Positions 1-9,895 of a stretch of 32,000 nucleotides of DNA are shown piece after piece. The stretch comes from Vibrio vulnificus CMCP6 (GTDB lineage: Bacteria; Pseudomonadota; Gammaproteobacteria; Enterobacterales; Vibrionaceae): contig NC_004459.3 of the NCBI RefSeq assembly GCF_000039765.1, positions 2,331,127 to 2,363,126 of the forward strand. The letters run 5' to 3'. The position numbers were made by a program, and so were the translations under genes. Within the stretch, counting starts at the first letter, position 1. Each line of letters starts with the position of its first letter. The notes beneath the pieces were generated by a model that saw only the letters and a program-made list of their open reading frames with translations, made no database searches and was not told the origin of the DNA.

Positions 1-109
1 TATCGCGTTTGCCGCTTTATCAGCCTTGCGTTACGGCTTTATTTATCTCACGGTGAACAAACGAGCGCGCAGTATGAGCGATAGCGAGGTGCTGCGTGAC
101 ACTCAATAA
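1..109 (+). CDS. 3' end of a CDS entering from the left; short hydrophobic segment then a polar tail (..IAFAALSALRYGFIYLTVNKRARSMSDSEVLRDTQ*); probable membrane protein of the polysaccharide operon
   Basis: Open frame from base 2 to TAA at 107-109, overlapping the GTG start of the next ORF at 96; truncated by the window edge. Confidence 0.55.
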   Translation, partial: IAFAALSALRYGFIYLTVNKRARSMSDSEVLRDTQ

Positions 110-1496
110 TGGCTTTTACTTACAAGGACTCGCTTGGATAACCCTAGTGGTGTGCGGTTTGGTACAGTATTTCACGGGCATCGGTTCGGTGCTGTGGCTA
201 CCATTTATTTTGGCCTGTGTGATGGTCATTTTATTGATGATGCAAACACGTTTCAGCCAGTTTTCGCTTGATACACAAGAGCAGCTTATCTTGTTTGGCC
301 TTGTGGCCCTGTTTATCTTGGCCCTGTTATCGACCGTGTTACAAAACGGCGTGACCGTCACCATTGTGGGCTTTAAAAACGAGTTGGCGATGGCGCTGAT
401 AACACTGTGCTTATTGCTTGGCTTTTGCCGCGAATCCCAAATCTATCGTGTGACTCAAACGCTGTACTGGATTTTCTATCTGCAATTTCCGGTGATTGCT
501 TATCAAGTTTTGGTCATGGTGCCAAAACGCGTTGCCGCGATGGGGGAGTACGAAAAGTGGGACTCTGTGGTGGGCACGTTTGGCGGTGATCCACTAGGAG
601 GCGGGAACACCGCCGCTCTGGGGCTGTTTTGCCTACTTATCATGTTGCTCAAATTGTCTGAATACAAACATGGTGTGGCGACAAAGCGCAGCACGCTGCT
701 GCACATCATTGCCGCGTTTGCGGTTTGCGTATTGGGCGAAATTAAGTTTGTCATTCTTATTTCGCCTCTGCTTTTGGCTTTTACGTGGTTTGCTCCCAGC
801 TATTTGAAAGGCATGCGCCGATACGGACTAAAAATGGTGTTGATCATCCTCTTCGGGATGTTGGCTCTGATCACCATCGCGGTATTGGTGTTGGCAGGCT
901 CTTATGCGTCGGCATTTGGTGGTGACCCAAGCAAAGGAGCGTTGATGGTGTTCATCGACTCTCTCTCCTACGCGTTTGATCCTCATTACATCATGCCTTC
1001 TGGTGAGTTGGGGCGAATGACCACCTTGTTCTTTTGGCAAGAAAATAGCGATTTGTATGGTTGGCCAAGCCAATGGTTTGGCTATGGCCTTAATGCCACC
1101 AACCACGGCAGCTCAGTTGCGCCGGGTTTTCTGAATCAGGTGTTCAATGTTCTGCTGGATTCCACCTCGCTAAGCATGATGCTTTGGGAGCTCGGGCTAG
1201 CTGGTTTACTGCTGTTTGTTGCGGTCGTGGGCACCATCGTGTGGGTTGCCTTGCCAACACCGCAACTCGATATCGAGTCAATCAACGATGAAGACCGACG
1301 ATTACTGGCATCACAACCGGCGTTTATCGCCTTCATTATCGCCGTGCTGCTCAGCCTGCCGTATAGCCAAATCTTAATGTTAGTTCCTATGTTGCAGTTT
1401 CTATTTTACTTCGCGTTAGGCGCGGTGGTGGTGATTCGCCAATCGGTAAGGCAGCAAGTAACCCATTGTGATTTTGCGATGCGTGATGAAGCGTAA
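96..1496 (+). CDS. O-antigen polymerase/ligase-like (Wzy/WaaL-type) polytopic membrane protein
   Basis: 466 aa, many hydrophobic segments with a large loop between late TM segments; located directly upstream of glycosyltransferases. Confidence 0.65.
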   Translation: MTLNNGFYLQGLAWITLVVCGLVQYFTGIGSVLWLPFILACVMVILLMMQTRFSQFSLDTQEQLILFGLVALFILALLSTVLQNGVTVTIVGFKNELAMALITLCLLLGFCRESQIYRVTQTLYWIFYLQFPVIAYQVLVMVPKRVAAMGEYEKWDSVVGTFGGDPLGGGNTAALGLFCLLIMLLKLSEYKHGVATKRSTLLHIIAAFAVCVLGEIKFVILISPLLLAFTWFAPSYLKGMRRYGLKMVLIILFGMLALITIAVLVLAGSYASAFGGDPSKGALMVFIDSLSYAFDPHYIMPSGELGRMTTLFFWQENSDLYGWPSQWFGYGLNATNHGSSVAPGFLNQVFNVLLDSTSLSMMLWELGLAGLLLFVAVVGTIVWVALPTPQLDIESINDEDRRLLASQPAFIAFIIAVLLSLPYSQILMLVPMLQFLFYFALGAVVVIRQSVRQQVTHCDFAMRDEA

Positions 1497-1540
1497 TACG
1501 CAGCTAGATAACACAGAATGATCAATAAAAAGAGTGAGAT

Positions 1541-2539
1541 ATGACCATTAAGCCATTAATCAGTGTCATCATTAAAACCTACAATGAACAGCAAGGCATC
1601 GCGAATACGATCGACAGTATTCGCCAAAACCTTGCTGCTTTTCCTCACGAGATTCTGGTGGCGGACAGCCTTTCTACCGATGAAACACCCTCTATCGCGC
1701 TAGCCAAGGGGGCAACCGTAGTCAGCCTAGTGAATGAAAGTGAGCGTTGTTGTGGAGTGGGCCATCAATTGGGTTATCTCCATGCCAAAGGTGAATTTCT
1801 ACTCTTGATGGATGGCGATATGGAACTGGCTCCTGGCTTTATTGAAGCGGGTGTCGACTTTTTGCGTTCTCATCCTACTTATGCCGGTGTGGCTGGCATG
1901 GTTGAGATGGATGATGCCGTTAGCTACGAATTCAAATCACGCAAACAGCGCCTACACAAAATCTACCCTCTGGGGGATTGCACGCATCTCGGCGGAGGTG
2001 GCCTTTACCGCAAAAGTGCCATTGATGAGATCGGTTATCTCACTAACCGTAACTTACACGCGTATGAAGAAGCCGAGTTGGGCATGCGTTTGAAGCACGC
2101 TGGCTATAAGCTGCATCGCTTAGCGCAGCCTTATTTTCACCACACTTCTTATGATCTCTCCACTTGGCAATTGCTCAAATATCGCTGGCGCAGCCAGTAT
2201 TTGTTTGCGCCGGGCGAGCTGTTGAGAAGCGCTTGGGGGAAACCGCATTTCCGCGATGCTCTGCATACGGTTAAAAACGAAGCGATATTCACTCTCTATC
2301 TCGGTGTACTGCTGGCAGCACTATGCACGTTGAAGCCTGTGGTGATTGCGCTGGCGCTCATGCCTCTTAGTGCTTTTTTTCTGCTTAAAGCGCTCAAAAA
2401 TCGTTCTTTGCGCGATGCGGCGCAAAGCGTGATCAACCTAACTGTCTTTTCGGCAGGGTTGGTTCGAGGGCTGTTTTCCGCTCATAACGATCCACATCAA
2501 GCACCACAAAATACCTTAACGAAAGGAGAGCAAGCATGA
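1541..2539 (+). CDS. Glycosyltransferase family 2
   Basis: N-terminal SVIIKTYNEQQGIANTIDSI, EILVADSLSTDET and LLMDGDMEL (GT-A, DxD-like) motifs; C-terminal hydrophobic helices. Confidence 0.88.
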   Translation: MTIKPLISVIIKTYNEQQGIANTIDSIRQNLAAFPHEILVADSLSTDETPSIALAKGATVVSLVNESERCCGVGHQLGYLHAKGEFLLLMDGDMELAPGFIEAGVDFLRSHPTYAGVAGMVEMDDAVSYEFKSRKQRLHKIYPLGDCTHLGGGGLYRKSAIDEIGYLTNRNLHAYEEAELGMRLKHAGYKLHRLAQPYFHHTSYDLSTWQLLKYRWRSQYLFAPGELLRSAWGKPHFRDALHTVKNEAIFTLYLGVLLAALCTLKPVVIALALMPLSAFFLLKALKNRSLRDAAQSVINLTVFSAGLVRGLFSAHNDPHQAPQNTLTKGEQA

Positions 2540-3741
2540 AAGTATTGTTGGTTAACAAGTTCTTCTTTTTGAAAGGCGGTGCTGAGACGGTGTTTTTTCA
2601 AGAGCGTGAGCTGCTTCAGTCGGCGGGTTTCGAGATCATCGATTTCGCCATGAAGCATGAGAAAAACCTCACTTCCTCATACAGCGACTTTTTTGTCGAC
2701 AACGTCGACTACCACCAAGGGCATGGGATCAGCAGTAGCTTGAAGACCGCTTGGGCGTTTATTCACAACAGTGATGCGTGTGCCAAGCTAAAAGCACTGA
2801 TTGAGCAAGAACAGCCACAAGTCGTACATTTTCATAATATTTACCATCAGTTGACACCCTCACTGATTAAAGTGGCAAAATCTGCGGGTTGCAAAACGGT
2901 ACTTACGGCACACGATACGAAAATTGCTTGCCCGAGTTACACCATGTATCGCCAAGGTAAAACTTGCGAAGCCTGCCTAGATGGCAGTGTTTGGAACGCG
3001 ACACGTTACCGTTGCCAACAAGGATCTCTATTTAAAAGTGTGTTGCTTTCACTCGAAGCAACCTATCAATCTTTAGCGGGAAATTATCGCGCGCTTGACG
3101 TGATTATTTCTCCGAGCGAATTTCTTGCGAGCATCTTGCGCCGCAAGTTACCAGAAAACCACATTGAAGTGATTGTCAATGGCATCGACGAAAACGTCGA
3201 TTGCAGCGACGTCAGTGATGACGGTTATTTTCTCTATCTAGGACGATTAAGTCAGGAAAAAGGCGTAGCGACGCTGGCGGCTGCTTATCAGCAGTCACAA
3301 CGCTTGTTGCCGCTCAAAGTAGTGGGGGATGGCCCACTGCATGACACGTTAAAACAGCAATACAGCATGATCGAATTTCTGGGCTTTCAATCTGGCGATG
3401 CATTACATCAACTGATTAAAAAAGCCAGTGCGATCGTGGTGCCGTCAGAGTGCTATGAGAACTGTTCAATGTCCGTTCTTGAGGCGATGGCGTATGGAAA
3501 ACCCGTGATTGGAGCCAATATTGGAGGGATTCCAGAGCAGGTAAGAGAGGGAACGGAAGGGCATCTATTTGTTGCAGGGAACTCTACTTCTTTGGCTGAG
3601 GTAATGGACACTTTTGCCCAACATCCAGAGAAGGCGGCTCAATTAGGCCACAATGCGCGTCAACGATTAGAACAGCGTTACTCGTTGACCCGTCATCAAC
3701 AAAGCTTAATGAGTCTTTACCGAAATCTAATCAATAAGTGA
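2536..3741 (+). CDS. Glycosyltransferase family 4
   Basis: N-terminal KVLLVNKFFFLKGGAETVF; YLGRLSQEKGV and VPSECYENCSMSVLEAMAYGKPVIG (E-x7-E type) motifs; ATGA overlap with upstream stop. Confidence 0.9.
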   Translation: MKVLLVNKFFFLKGGAETVFFQERELLQSAGFEIIDFAMKHEKNLTSSYSDFFVDNVDYHQGHGISSSLKTAWAFIHNSDACAKLKALIEQEQPQVVHFHNIYHQLTPSLIKVAKSAGCKTVLTAHDTKIACPSYTMYRQGKTCEACLDGSVWNATRYRCQQGSLFKSVLLSLEATYQSLAGNYRALDVIISPSEFLASILRRKLPENHIEVIVNGIDENVDCSDVSDDGYFLYLGRLSQEKGVATLAAAYQQSQRLLPLKVVGDGPLHDTLKQQYSMIEFLGFQSGDALHQLIKKASAIVVPSECYENCSMSVLEAMAYGKPVIGANIGGIPEQVREGTEGHLFVAGNSTSLAEVMDTFAQHPEKAAQLGHNARQRLEQRYSLTRHQQSLMSLYRNLINK

Positions 3742-3746
3742 GAAGC

Positions 3747-4853
3747 ATGACATTAAAAATTACCGTATTGGGTACGCGTGGTATTCCCAATGTTTTAGGT
3801 GGTGTCGAAACACATTGTCAGCATTTATATCCTCAAGTTGTCGAACAATCCGATTCTCAAGTCTGCGTATTGGCACGCTCTCCTTATGTCGACTATCGAC
3901 ATTCCCAGTATCAAGGGGTGGAGACGAAATCGGTGTGGGCGCCAAAGAAAAAATCGTTGGAAGCCGTCATCCACTCGACCTTAGCGGCACTTTCGACCTG
4001 GCTGGATCGCTCGCAAGTGGTGCATGTTCACGCCATTGGTCCGGGTTTAGTGGTGCCACTGCTGCGTTTACTGGGTAAGAAAGTCGTTTTTACCCACCAT
4101 GGACCTGACTATGATCGCCAAAAATGGGGTGGTTTTGCTAAGAAAATTCTGATGCTTGGCGAAAAGCTCGCGGTGCGTTGGTCAAACGAAGTGATCGTGA
4201 TCTCGGATGTGATTAACGATTTAATCCAACAGAAATACCATCGTTACGATGCACACCTGATTTACAACGGTGTGGAAGCGTCAGGCCAACTTGATGAGCA
4301 GCAAGTACAAGACGTGATGACCAAGCATGGCTTGCTGGTGAAGGAATATTTTGTGGCGGTAGGGCGCTTTGTTGAAGAAAAAGGGTTCCATGATCTGATT
4401 GATGCCTATGCACAGTCTGGTTCCACTCTGCCTTTAGTATTGGTGGGCGATACCGATCATGAAACGAAGTACAGCGCCGAACTAAAAGAAAAAGCACGCA
4501 ACACACCAAACATCTATATGACCGGTTTTTTAAATGGTGATGAGCTGAAAGCCGTCTTTTCTCAGGCGCGCGCATTTGTAATGCCGTCTTATCATGAAGG
4601 GTTGCCGATTGCCTTGCTTGAAGCCATGTCTTATTCATTGCCAGCCGTTGTGAGTGATATTCCAGCCAATGCAGAGGTTGCGTTGCCGGAAGAAAACTAT
4701 TTTCCAGTGGGTGATGTGGTGGCGCTGAGCAAAAAATTAAAACAAGCAGAGCAAGCTGAAACCGTGGATTACCATGATTATTTGGCTAAATACGACTGGC
4801 ATAAAATCGCGGATCAAACCATTGCGGTTTATCAGAAGGCGTTGGAGAAATAA
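3747..4853 (+). CDS. Glycosyltransferase family 4 (DUF1972/rhamnosyltransferase-like N-terminus)
   Basis: LKITVLGTRGIPNVLGGVETHCQHLYP N-terminus; MPSYHEGLPIALLEAMSYSLPAV motif. ATG at 3747 preferred over track GTG at 3738. Confidence 0.88.
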   Translation: MTLKITVLGTRGIPNVLGGVETHCQHLYPQVVEQSDSQVCVLARSPYVDYRHSQYQGVETKSVWAPKKKSLEAVIHSTLAALSTWLDRSQVVHVHAIGPGLVVPLLRLLGKKVVFTHHGPDYDRQKWGGFAKKILMLGEKLAVRWSNEVIVISDVINDLIQQKYHRYDAHLIYNGVEASGQLDEQQVQDVMTKHGLLVKEYFVAVGRFVEEKGFHDLIDAYAQSGSTLPLVLVGDTDHETKYSAELKEKARNTPNIYMTGFLNGDELKAVFSQARAFVMPSYHEGLPIALLEAMSYSLPAVVSDIPANAEVALPEENYFPVGDVVALSKKLKQAEQAETVDYHDYLAKYDWHKIADQTIAVYQKALEK

Positions 4854-4855
4854 AC

Positions 4856-5260
4856 GTGGATGCGAAAAAAGCCAACAAGGCAGTGGCACAATTTTACCAT
4901 GCGCTGGACAAGCAAACGGCAGAGAGCTTAACTGAGCAACAGAAGCGCGACATTGAACAAGCGGTGCAATCCATCGGCCTAGTGGCTCGGCATTCGCTCG
5001 ATGTTCGTAAGAGCTTGCCCTGGTTTGGCAAGCGCTACTATTTTGTTCTCCTTTGCGGTCGTGACCGCCGTGGACAAGTTCGAGCGGAAGAGTCGGCATT
5101 GGCTAACTTTTTTACGGTGACGTTTGTTGTCATCGCGTTGTTGACCTTGTTTGGCTTATCCGCCTTGGCGTTATACCTGCTTAAGTCAGCGTTAGGGATT
5201 GATATCTTCAAAGACTACTCGCTAGGAATATGGGACTGGTTTAAAGGTCTGATTCACTAG
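4856..5260 (+). CDS. Small conserved membrane protein of the polysaccharide cluster, function unknown
   Basis: 134 aa, 2 nt after upstream stop; one strong TM segment (FFTVTFVVIALLTLFGLSALALYLL); GTG start. Confidence 0.65.
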   Translation: MDAKKANKAVAQFYHALDKQTAESLTEQQKRDIEQAVQSIGLVARHSLDVRKSLPWFGKRYYFVLLCGRDRRGQVRAEESALANFFTVTFVVIALLTLFGLSALALYLLKSALGIDIFKDYSLGIWDWFKGLIH

Positions 5261-5300
5261 TGTTGTCAGCGAGTTCATACTCAATACGAAAAGGTACGGA

Positions 5301-6779
5301 ATGAAACTTCGATTTTACCAGCAACTCTTATTGGCTTCGCTTATTAGCATGCCCGTTACCGCTTGCTATGCCAAAAAAGGCCAAGCGGAAAACGGTGCAA
5401 ACAAACCGGAGAATTCCGTTGTTGAGGGCGCGGATCCCGTTGAAGAGGGGATCGTGACGGTTTATCCAACGGAATTATCAGGGCCAATCAGTAATCCCGG
5501 AATGGGGGTCGAAACGTTTCATAACAATTGGGGCGCGACTCTAAGCACGGCACAATATCCAGAAGCGGGTATTGATTACTATCGTTTTTATTGGAATGAG
5601 TTAGAGCCTGTTGAAGGGCAATATGCTTTTGATAAGCTCGATCGAATTTTGGCGGAAAATCGTCAGGAATCACCAGCGAAGATGATTGCGATACGTTTTA
5701 TGACCGCCGATGAGCCTTATACTGGCAGCAAAATCCCAAGCTGGTTGATCAATAAAGGGATCGCGGGCGACTGGAGTGAAGATGGTTCCACTTTCGTTCC
5801 GAGCCTTGAAGACAGCGTGTACATGAGTTACATGGCGAAGCTGTTGAACGCGTTTGGTAAGCGTTACGATGGCAATCCTAACCTCAGCCATGTTGATATC
5901 GGTATGGTTGGTTCTTGGGGCGAGTGGCATAACAGTAATTTTTCCAACCTAGCACCACTGCATCAGCGTTACAGTGATGCAACACTCAATCATATTGTGG
6001 ATTTGCACTTTCAAGCGTTTCCCAAAACCCCTAAAGTCATGCTTATCAGCGGTGAGAACAGCCTAAATTATGCGGTGAGTAAAGGGGCTGGGTGGCGCGC
6101 CGATTGTTGGGGAGATTGGCATCATTTCTCGACGACATGGAGTCATATGAAAGATGACTATCCATACCGTCTGCAGCAAGCCGAACAAAAAGACAGCCAG
6201 TTTAAAGAGGCATGGCAACACGGGCCCATAAGCTTAGAAACCTGCGGAACCATGCAGGAATGGCGAAGCGCGCAGGACTACACGTTAGAGGAAATCCAAG
6301 CAAGCTTAGATTGGGCCATTGCACAGCATGCTTCTTCGCTTAATCTTAAATCGAAACCGATCCCAGAGGAGTATCGCCCGCTGCTGGACAACGCGTTGAG
6401 CAAGTTAGGTTACCGATTGAGAATCAAAAGTTTGTCTCACCAGCAACAACTCAGTGCGGGCAGCACTTGGGTTATTGAAACCTTGTTCAGTAATGATGGC
6501 GTCGCACCGCCCTATATTCACCGTAACTTAGCGTATCGTCTACGTAACAGTGAAGGAGAAACCGTGTTTTCAGCGATATCTAAGTATGACGTGAATGAAT
6601 GGTTACCCGGAGAGCACGCGACAAGAACCAGCTTAACGTTGCCAGACGCTCTTACGCGAGGAGATTATGCTGTTGAAGTGGCATTGATTGATAGCCATGG
6701 TGAGCTACCGCTGAACTTGGCTAATGATGGCAAACAAGCCTCTGGTTGGTATCGACTTTCTCAGTTGAGCATTCAATAA
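5301..6779 (+). CDS. Secreted DUF4832-like protein (putative glycoside-hydrolase-like barrel)
   Basis: 492 aa with signal peptide; N-PGMGVETFHNNWG, YYRFYWNELEPVEGQYAFDKLDRIL, VDIGMVGSWGEWHNS typical of GH-like barrel proteins. Confidence 0.7.
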   Translation: MKLRFYQQLLLASLISMPVTACYAKKGQAENGANKPENSVVEGADPVEEGIVTVYPTELSGPISNPGMGVETFHNNWGATLSTAQYPEAGIDYYRFYWNELEPVEGQYAFDKLDRILAENRQESPAKMIAIRFMTADEPYTGSKIPSWLINKGIAGDWSEDGSTFVPSLEDSVYMSYMAKLLNAFGKRYDGNPNLSHVDIGMVGSWGEWHNSNFSNLAPLHQRYSDATLNHIVDLHFQAFPKTPKVMLISGENSLNYAVSKGAGWRADCWGDWHHFSTTWSHMKDDYPYRLQQAEQKDSQFKEAWQHGPISLETCGTMQEWRSAQDYTLEEIQASLDWAIAQHASSLNLKSKPIPEEYRPLLDNALSKLGYRLRIKSLSHQQQLSAGSTWVIETLFSNDGVAPPYIHRNLAYRLRNSEGETVFSAISKYDVNEWLPGEHATRTSLTLPDALTRGDYAVEVALIDSHGELPLNLANDGKQASGWYRLSQLSIQ

Positions 6780-6800
6780 CGCCTTTCAGCAAAAAACACC

Positions 6801-6832
6801 TCAAACGGCACCGAGCCTTTTGGTTTTTTTTA
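6801..6832 (+). terminator. Putative Rho-independent terminator between convergent genes
   Basis: CAAACGGC-accga-GCCTTTTG imperfect stem (one mismatch) at 6802-6822 followed by GGTTTTTTTT. Confidence 0.5.
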
Positions 6833-6844
6833 TTTGCTTTGCGT

Positions 6845-7336
6845 TTAACAGTGCGCAGTTTGCAATTGATAGGTGACATCACCTCCCGCACTGGCGGGGT
6901 AAAACACTTCAACGTAGCACAGATGGGTAGGACCAACAGGCTTGTTCGCAAACCCAATTAAAAAATAGGGTTCGGCCGGGTTATCCACACCATACCATTT
7001 ATTGATGGTGAGTTTAGGGTCGAGCCCGGCAAGATCTTGTGCCGGAATGACGTATTTGATCAGGCCAAAATAGCCAATGAGATCGGGATGACCATCACCG
7101 TCCAGATCGATATTCGGAGCCAACTGCGCATTGACGGACTCTTGGTTTTGCAAAATGGCTTTGGTGTAGACTTGCGTATTGGCCGTTTCTAGTGCCGTTC
7201 TCGCGCCTTGGAGCACCGCAATACGAGCGTCCGTCTGAATATCCAGAAATCGCGCTGCTGCGGTAACGGCAATAATACCAATGATAACCAGCGTGACCAC
7301 CAGTTCGATGAGAGTAAAGCCTTTCGCTTTGGCCAT
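6845..7336 (-). CDS. Type IV prepilin-like protein (MSHA/type II pseudopilin-like)
   Basis: MAKAKGFTLIELVVTLVIIGIIAVTAAARFLD: short leader, G/F cleavage site, Glu5, hydrophobic helix. ATG at 7336 preferred over track start 7393. Confidence 0.85.
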   Translation of the reverse strand: MAKAKGFTLIELVVTLVIIGIIAVTAAARFLDIQTDARIAVLQGARTALETANTQVYTKAILQNQESVNAQLAPNIDLDGDGHPDLIGYFGLIKYVIPAQDLAGLDPKLTINKWYGVDNPAEPYFLIGFANKPVGPTHLCYVEVFYPASAGGDVTYQLQTAHC

Positions 7337-7582
7337 AAGTCGTCCTAAAAAAGTATCGAAATATGAGTGTAAGACCAGATTAATCAACATCACGTTTCAT
7401 ATCTGAGAAAAACCACACTTGAATCAACAACATTTTTAGAACGTGAATCAAAGCTTTTCTTTTGCGGTTTTAATTGATGCTTAAGTGATTAAAAAGTGAA
7501 TTTGGGCACAAAAATAACCATTTAGTATTATGTGAAATTTAGACTATGCTTATATGAGTCCTGTTTCATTTGGTTGGCGAGT

Positions 7583-8566
7583 ATGTTAGTTCGGTTCCGA
7601 GCAAGTTTGTTTGTCACACTACTGTTAGTCATGGTGGGGGCTGTTGTTTGGTTGAGCAGTCAAAAGCCTCTTTATGACTCTGATTCGGTGATCACCATCG
7701 CGGTGTCTCAAACGCCACTTTCCGCCCCGTTTATTATTGCCAAAGAGCTTGGTTATCTCGACTCTGAAACCCTACGCGTTGATATATTGCCTTGTTATGG
7801 TGGGGTGAAATGTGCTCAGCTGATGTTTAATGGTGAGGTTCAATATGCGACAGCGTCGGAATCGGTAGTCATGTTTTCCAGCTTTGAGCGAAATGATTTT
7901 GCTGTGTTGGCGAGCTTTGTGGAGTCAGACAATGATTTAAAGTTACTCACTCTCAAAGAAAATGATATCGAACAAATTAGTCAACTCGATGGTAAGAAGG
8001 TCGGCGTTATCAAAGCCAGTTCCAGTGAGTATTATCTTGATGCGTTGATCAAATCGAGCGTTACGCCAGATATTTTCATAGAAAAGCATTACCTTCCCCC
8101 CAACGAAATGAGTATTGCGTTACTGGATCATCAAGTGGACGCGATCTCTATTTGGGAGCCCTACGGCTACCAGCTACAAAATGAAAAGTCTCATCAGATT
8201 CACGATTTGAGTATTCGTGGTATCTACCATCTTTCTTTTAACCTTATGGCATTAAAGTCTACGTTGGAATCCGCACCTCAAGAGAACAAGCAAGTGCTGG
8301 TAGCCTTAGACCGAGCGCTAGAGTGGATGCATGAACATCCCATAGAGACGCAGAAGATCGTCGCACGTTATTTGGATATTCCGATTGGGCAGTTGTCTTG
8401 GACTTGGGATGACTACGCATTTCGCTTGGTGTTGAGTAATAGCTTGCTTTCAAACTTGCAGATCCAAGCTCGTTGGGCGCTAGAAAATGGATTGGTGGCG
8501 GGTGAGATGCCCGATTACCGAAAACTCATCGATCGAACACAGTTATGGCGTGCGATACAGCACTAA
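7583..8566 (+). CDS. Periplasmic substrate-binding protein, NMT1/SsuA/TauA-like fold, with N-terminal hydrophobic anchor or signal
   Basis: VITIAVSQTPLSAPFIIAKELGYLD, LDGKKVGVIKASSSEYYLDALI, ALLDHQVDAISIWEPYGYQL are characteristic. Track start is 7532; ATG 7583 proposed since the hydrophobic segment follows directly. Confidence 0.8.
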   Translation: MLVRFRASLFVTLLLVMVGAVVWLSSQKPLYDSDSVITIAVSQTPLSAPFIIAKELGYLDSETLRVDILPCYGGVKCAQLMFNGEVQYATASESVVMFSSFERNDFAVLASFVESDNDLKLLTLKENDIEQISQLDGKKVGVIKASSSEYYLDALIKSSVTPDIFIEKHYLPPNEMSIALLDHQVDAISIWEPYGYQLQNEKSHQIHDLSIRGIYHLSFNLMALKSTLESAPQENKQVLVALDRALEWMHEHPIETQKIVARYLDIPIGQLSWTWDDYAFRLVLSNSLLSNLQIQARWALENGLVAGEMPDYRKLIDRTQLWRAIQH

Positions 8567-8578
8567 AAGGTGGCAAGG

Positions 8579-9892
8579 ATGGGTTCATTAACGCAAAAAC
8601 TGACGCTGCTCTTTTTCTCCACCTTGCTGGTGGTTGGGGTTGTCGCGCACTCTTTGCTTAACGTCTATGAAGAACAGAATAGCATCAGGCAAGAGATGGC
8701 GGTGATCAATCTTACTCAGTCAAACCTCGAACAATTGAGAAATCAGCTCTCTTTGTTTCTTCAGTACCAAGATGAGGAAAGCTACGATCAATTGTTTGTG
8801 GCACAACAGAAGTTATCAGAACACATTCAACAAACATCTGGCTTTCACCGCACCATGAGCAACTTGGAACGAATGTGCAAAACCTTTCAAGACTTGCTGA
8901 TTCACGAGCGCTCACTCGGCAACGCCAATTATGCGGCAAAAGAGCTTTTGCACTCACGATATAACATGATTGTGCTGTCAATGGACGAAGAGCTCTCATT
9001 TCTACAAAGAAATGTGTTGGAAAAACGGCTTGGGCAGTTAACCAATGTCATCGTTAAAAGCGGCATCTCACTGGTGTGTTTTACTCTGCTGGTCAGTGTT
9101 GTGACTTTCCTGATCCTGAAACGTTTTAAAAAAGGTTGTTCAGTATTGCAATCGGGATTCAACCAACTAAGTCACGGTGATTTAGAAAGCCGCATCAGTA
9201 GCAAAGGGATAGATGAAGAGTTTGTGGTGGTTGCAGATCGCTTTAATTCGATGAAAACCTCACTCAGGCAGATCACCGTGACCAGAGAACAACTCGAGTT
9301 GGAAGTGCTGCGTCAAACGGCTGAGTTAAGAGCACAAAAAGAACAGTTGGTTTATCTTTCCGAGCGTGACCCCTTAACGGGTTTGAAGAACCGACGGGCA
9401 TTTATGACCGCTTTAGAAGACGCAGCCATCAAAGCCAACCGAAGTGGGCTGAAAATGGCACTGTTGTTTATTGATCTCAATAAGTTTAAGGAAATTAACG
9501 ACACTTACGGACATGATGCTGGCGATGAAATACTGTGTCGCGTAGCAGAGCGAATGGTTGATTGTTTTAGGCATTCGGACATCTTGGGCCGGCTAGGGGG
9601 AGATGAGTTTGTCGTCTGTCTCGATTTGTTGACGAGCTATGACGGTGTGATAAGTAAAGCGGAGCAGTTTGCTGAACAAATGAGTGCGCCAATTCTCTTT
9701 CATGGCCACCACTTGCAAGTAACGCCGAGTATTGGTATCAGTTGTTATCCTGATCAGAGCAGTTCAATATTGGAGCTGGTAAAGCTGGCAGACGAAGACA
9801 TGTATCAGGCCAAAAACGCTAATGGTGACTTTGTTGTTAGCCGTTTTCTGGCACAAGCGCCTGATATGGCGTTACTTAAGGAGTTTAAATAA
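8579..9892 (+). CDS. Membrane diguanylate cyclase: TM - periplasmic helical region - TM - HAMP-like - GGDEF
   Basis: RDPLTGLKNRRAF, FIDLNKFKEINDTYGHDAGDEIL, RLGGDEFVV; intact RxxD (RHSD) five residues before GGDEF; stop of the upstream SBP gene is 12 nt before ATG 8579. Confidence 0.9.
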   Translation: MGSLTQKLTLLFFSTLLVVGVVAHSLLNVYEEQNSIRQEMAVINLTQSNLEQLRNQLSLFLQYQDEESYDQLFVAQQKLSEHIQQTSGFHRTMSNLERMCKTFQDLLIHERSLGNANYAAKELLHSRYNMIVLSMDEELSFLQRNVLEKRLGQLTNVIVKSGISLVCFTLLVSVVTFLILKRFKKGCSVLQSGFNQLSHGDLESRISSKGIDEEFVVVADRFNSMKTSLRQITVTREQLELEVLRQTAELRAQKEQLVYLSERDPLTGLKNRRAFMTALEDAAIKANRSGLKMALLFIDLNKFKEINDTYGHDAGDEILCRVAERMVDCFRHSDILGRLGGDEFVVCLDLLTSYDGVISKAEQFAEQMSAPILFHGHHLQVTPSIGISCYPDQSSSILELVKLADEDMYQAKNANGDFVVSRFLAQAPDMALLKEFK

Positions 9893-9895
9893 ACA

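Noticed and set aside
6746-6961. 71-aa plus-strand ORF across the 6801-6832 terminator
   Set aside because: Overlaps two supported genes and a probable terminator; no plausible domain.
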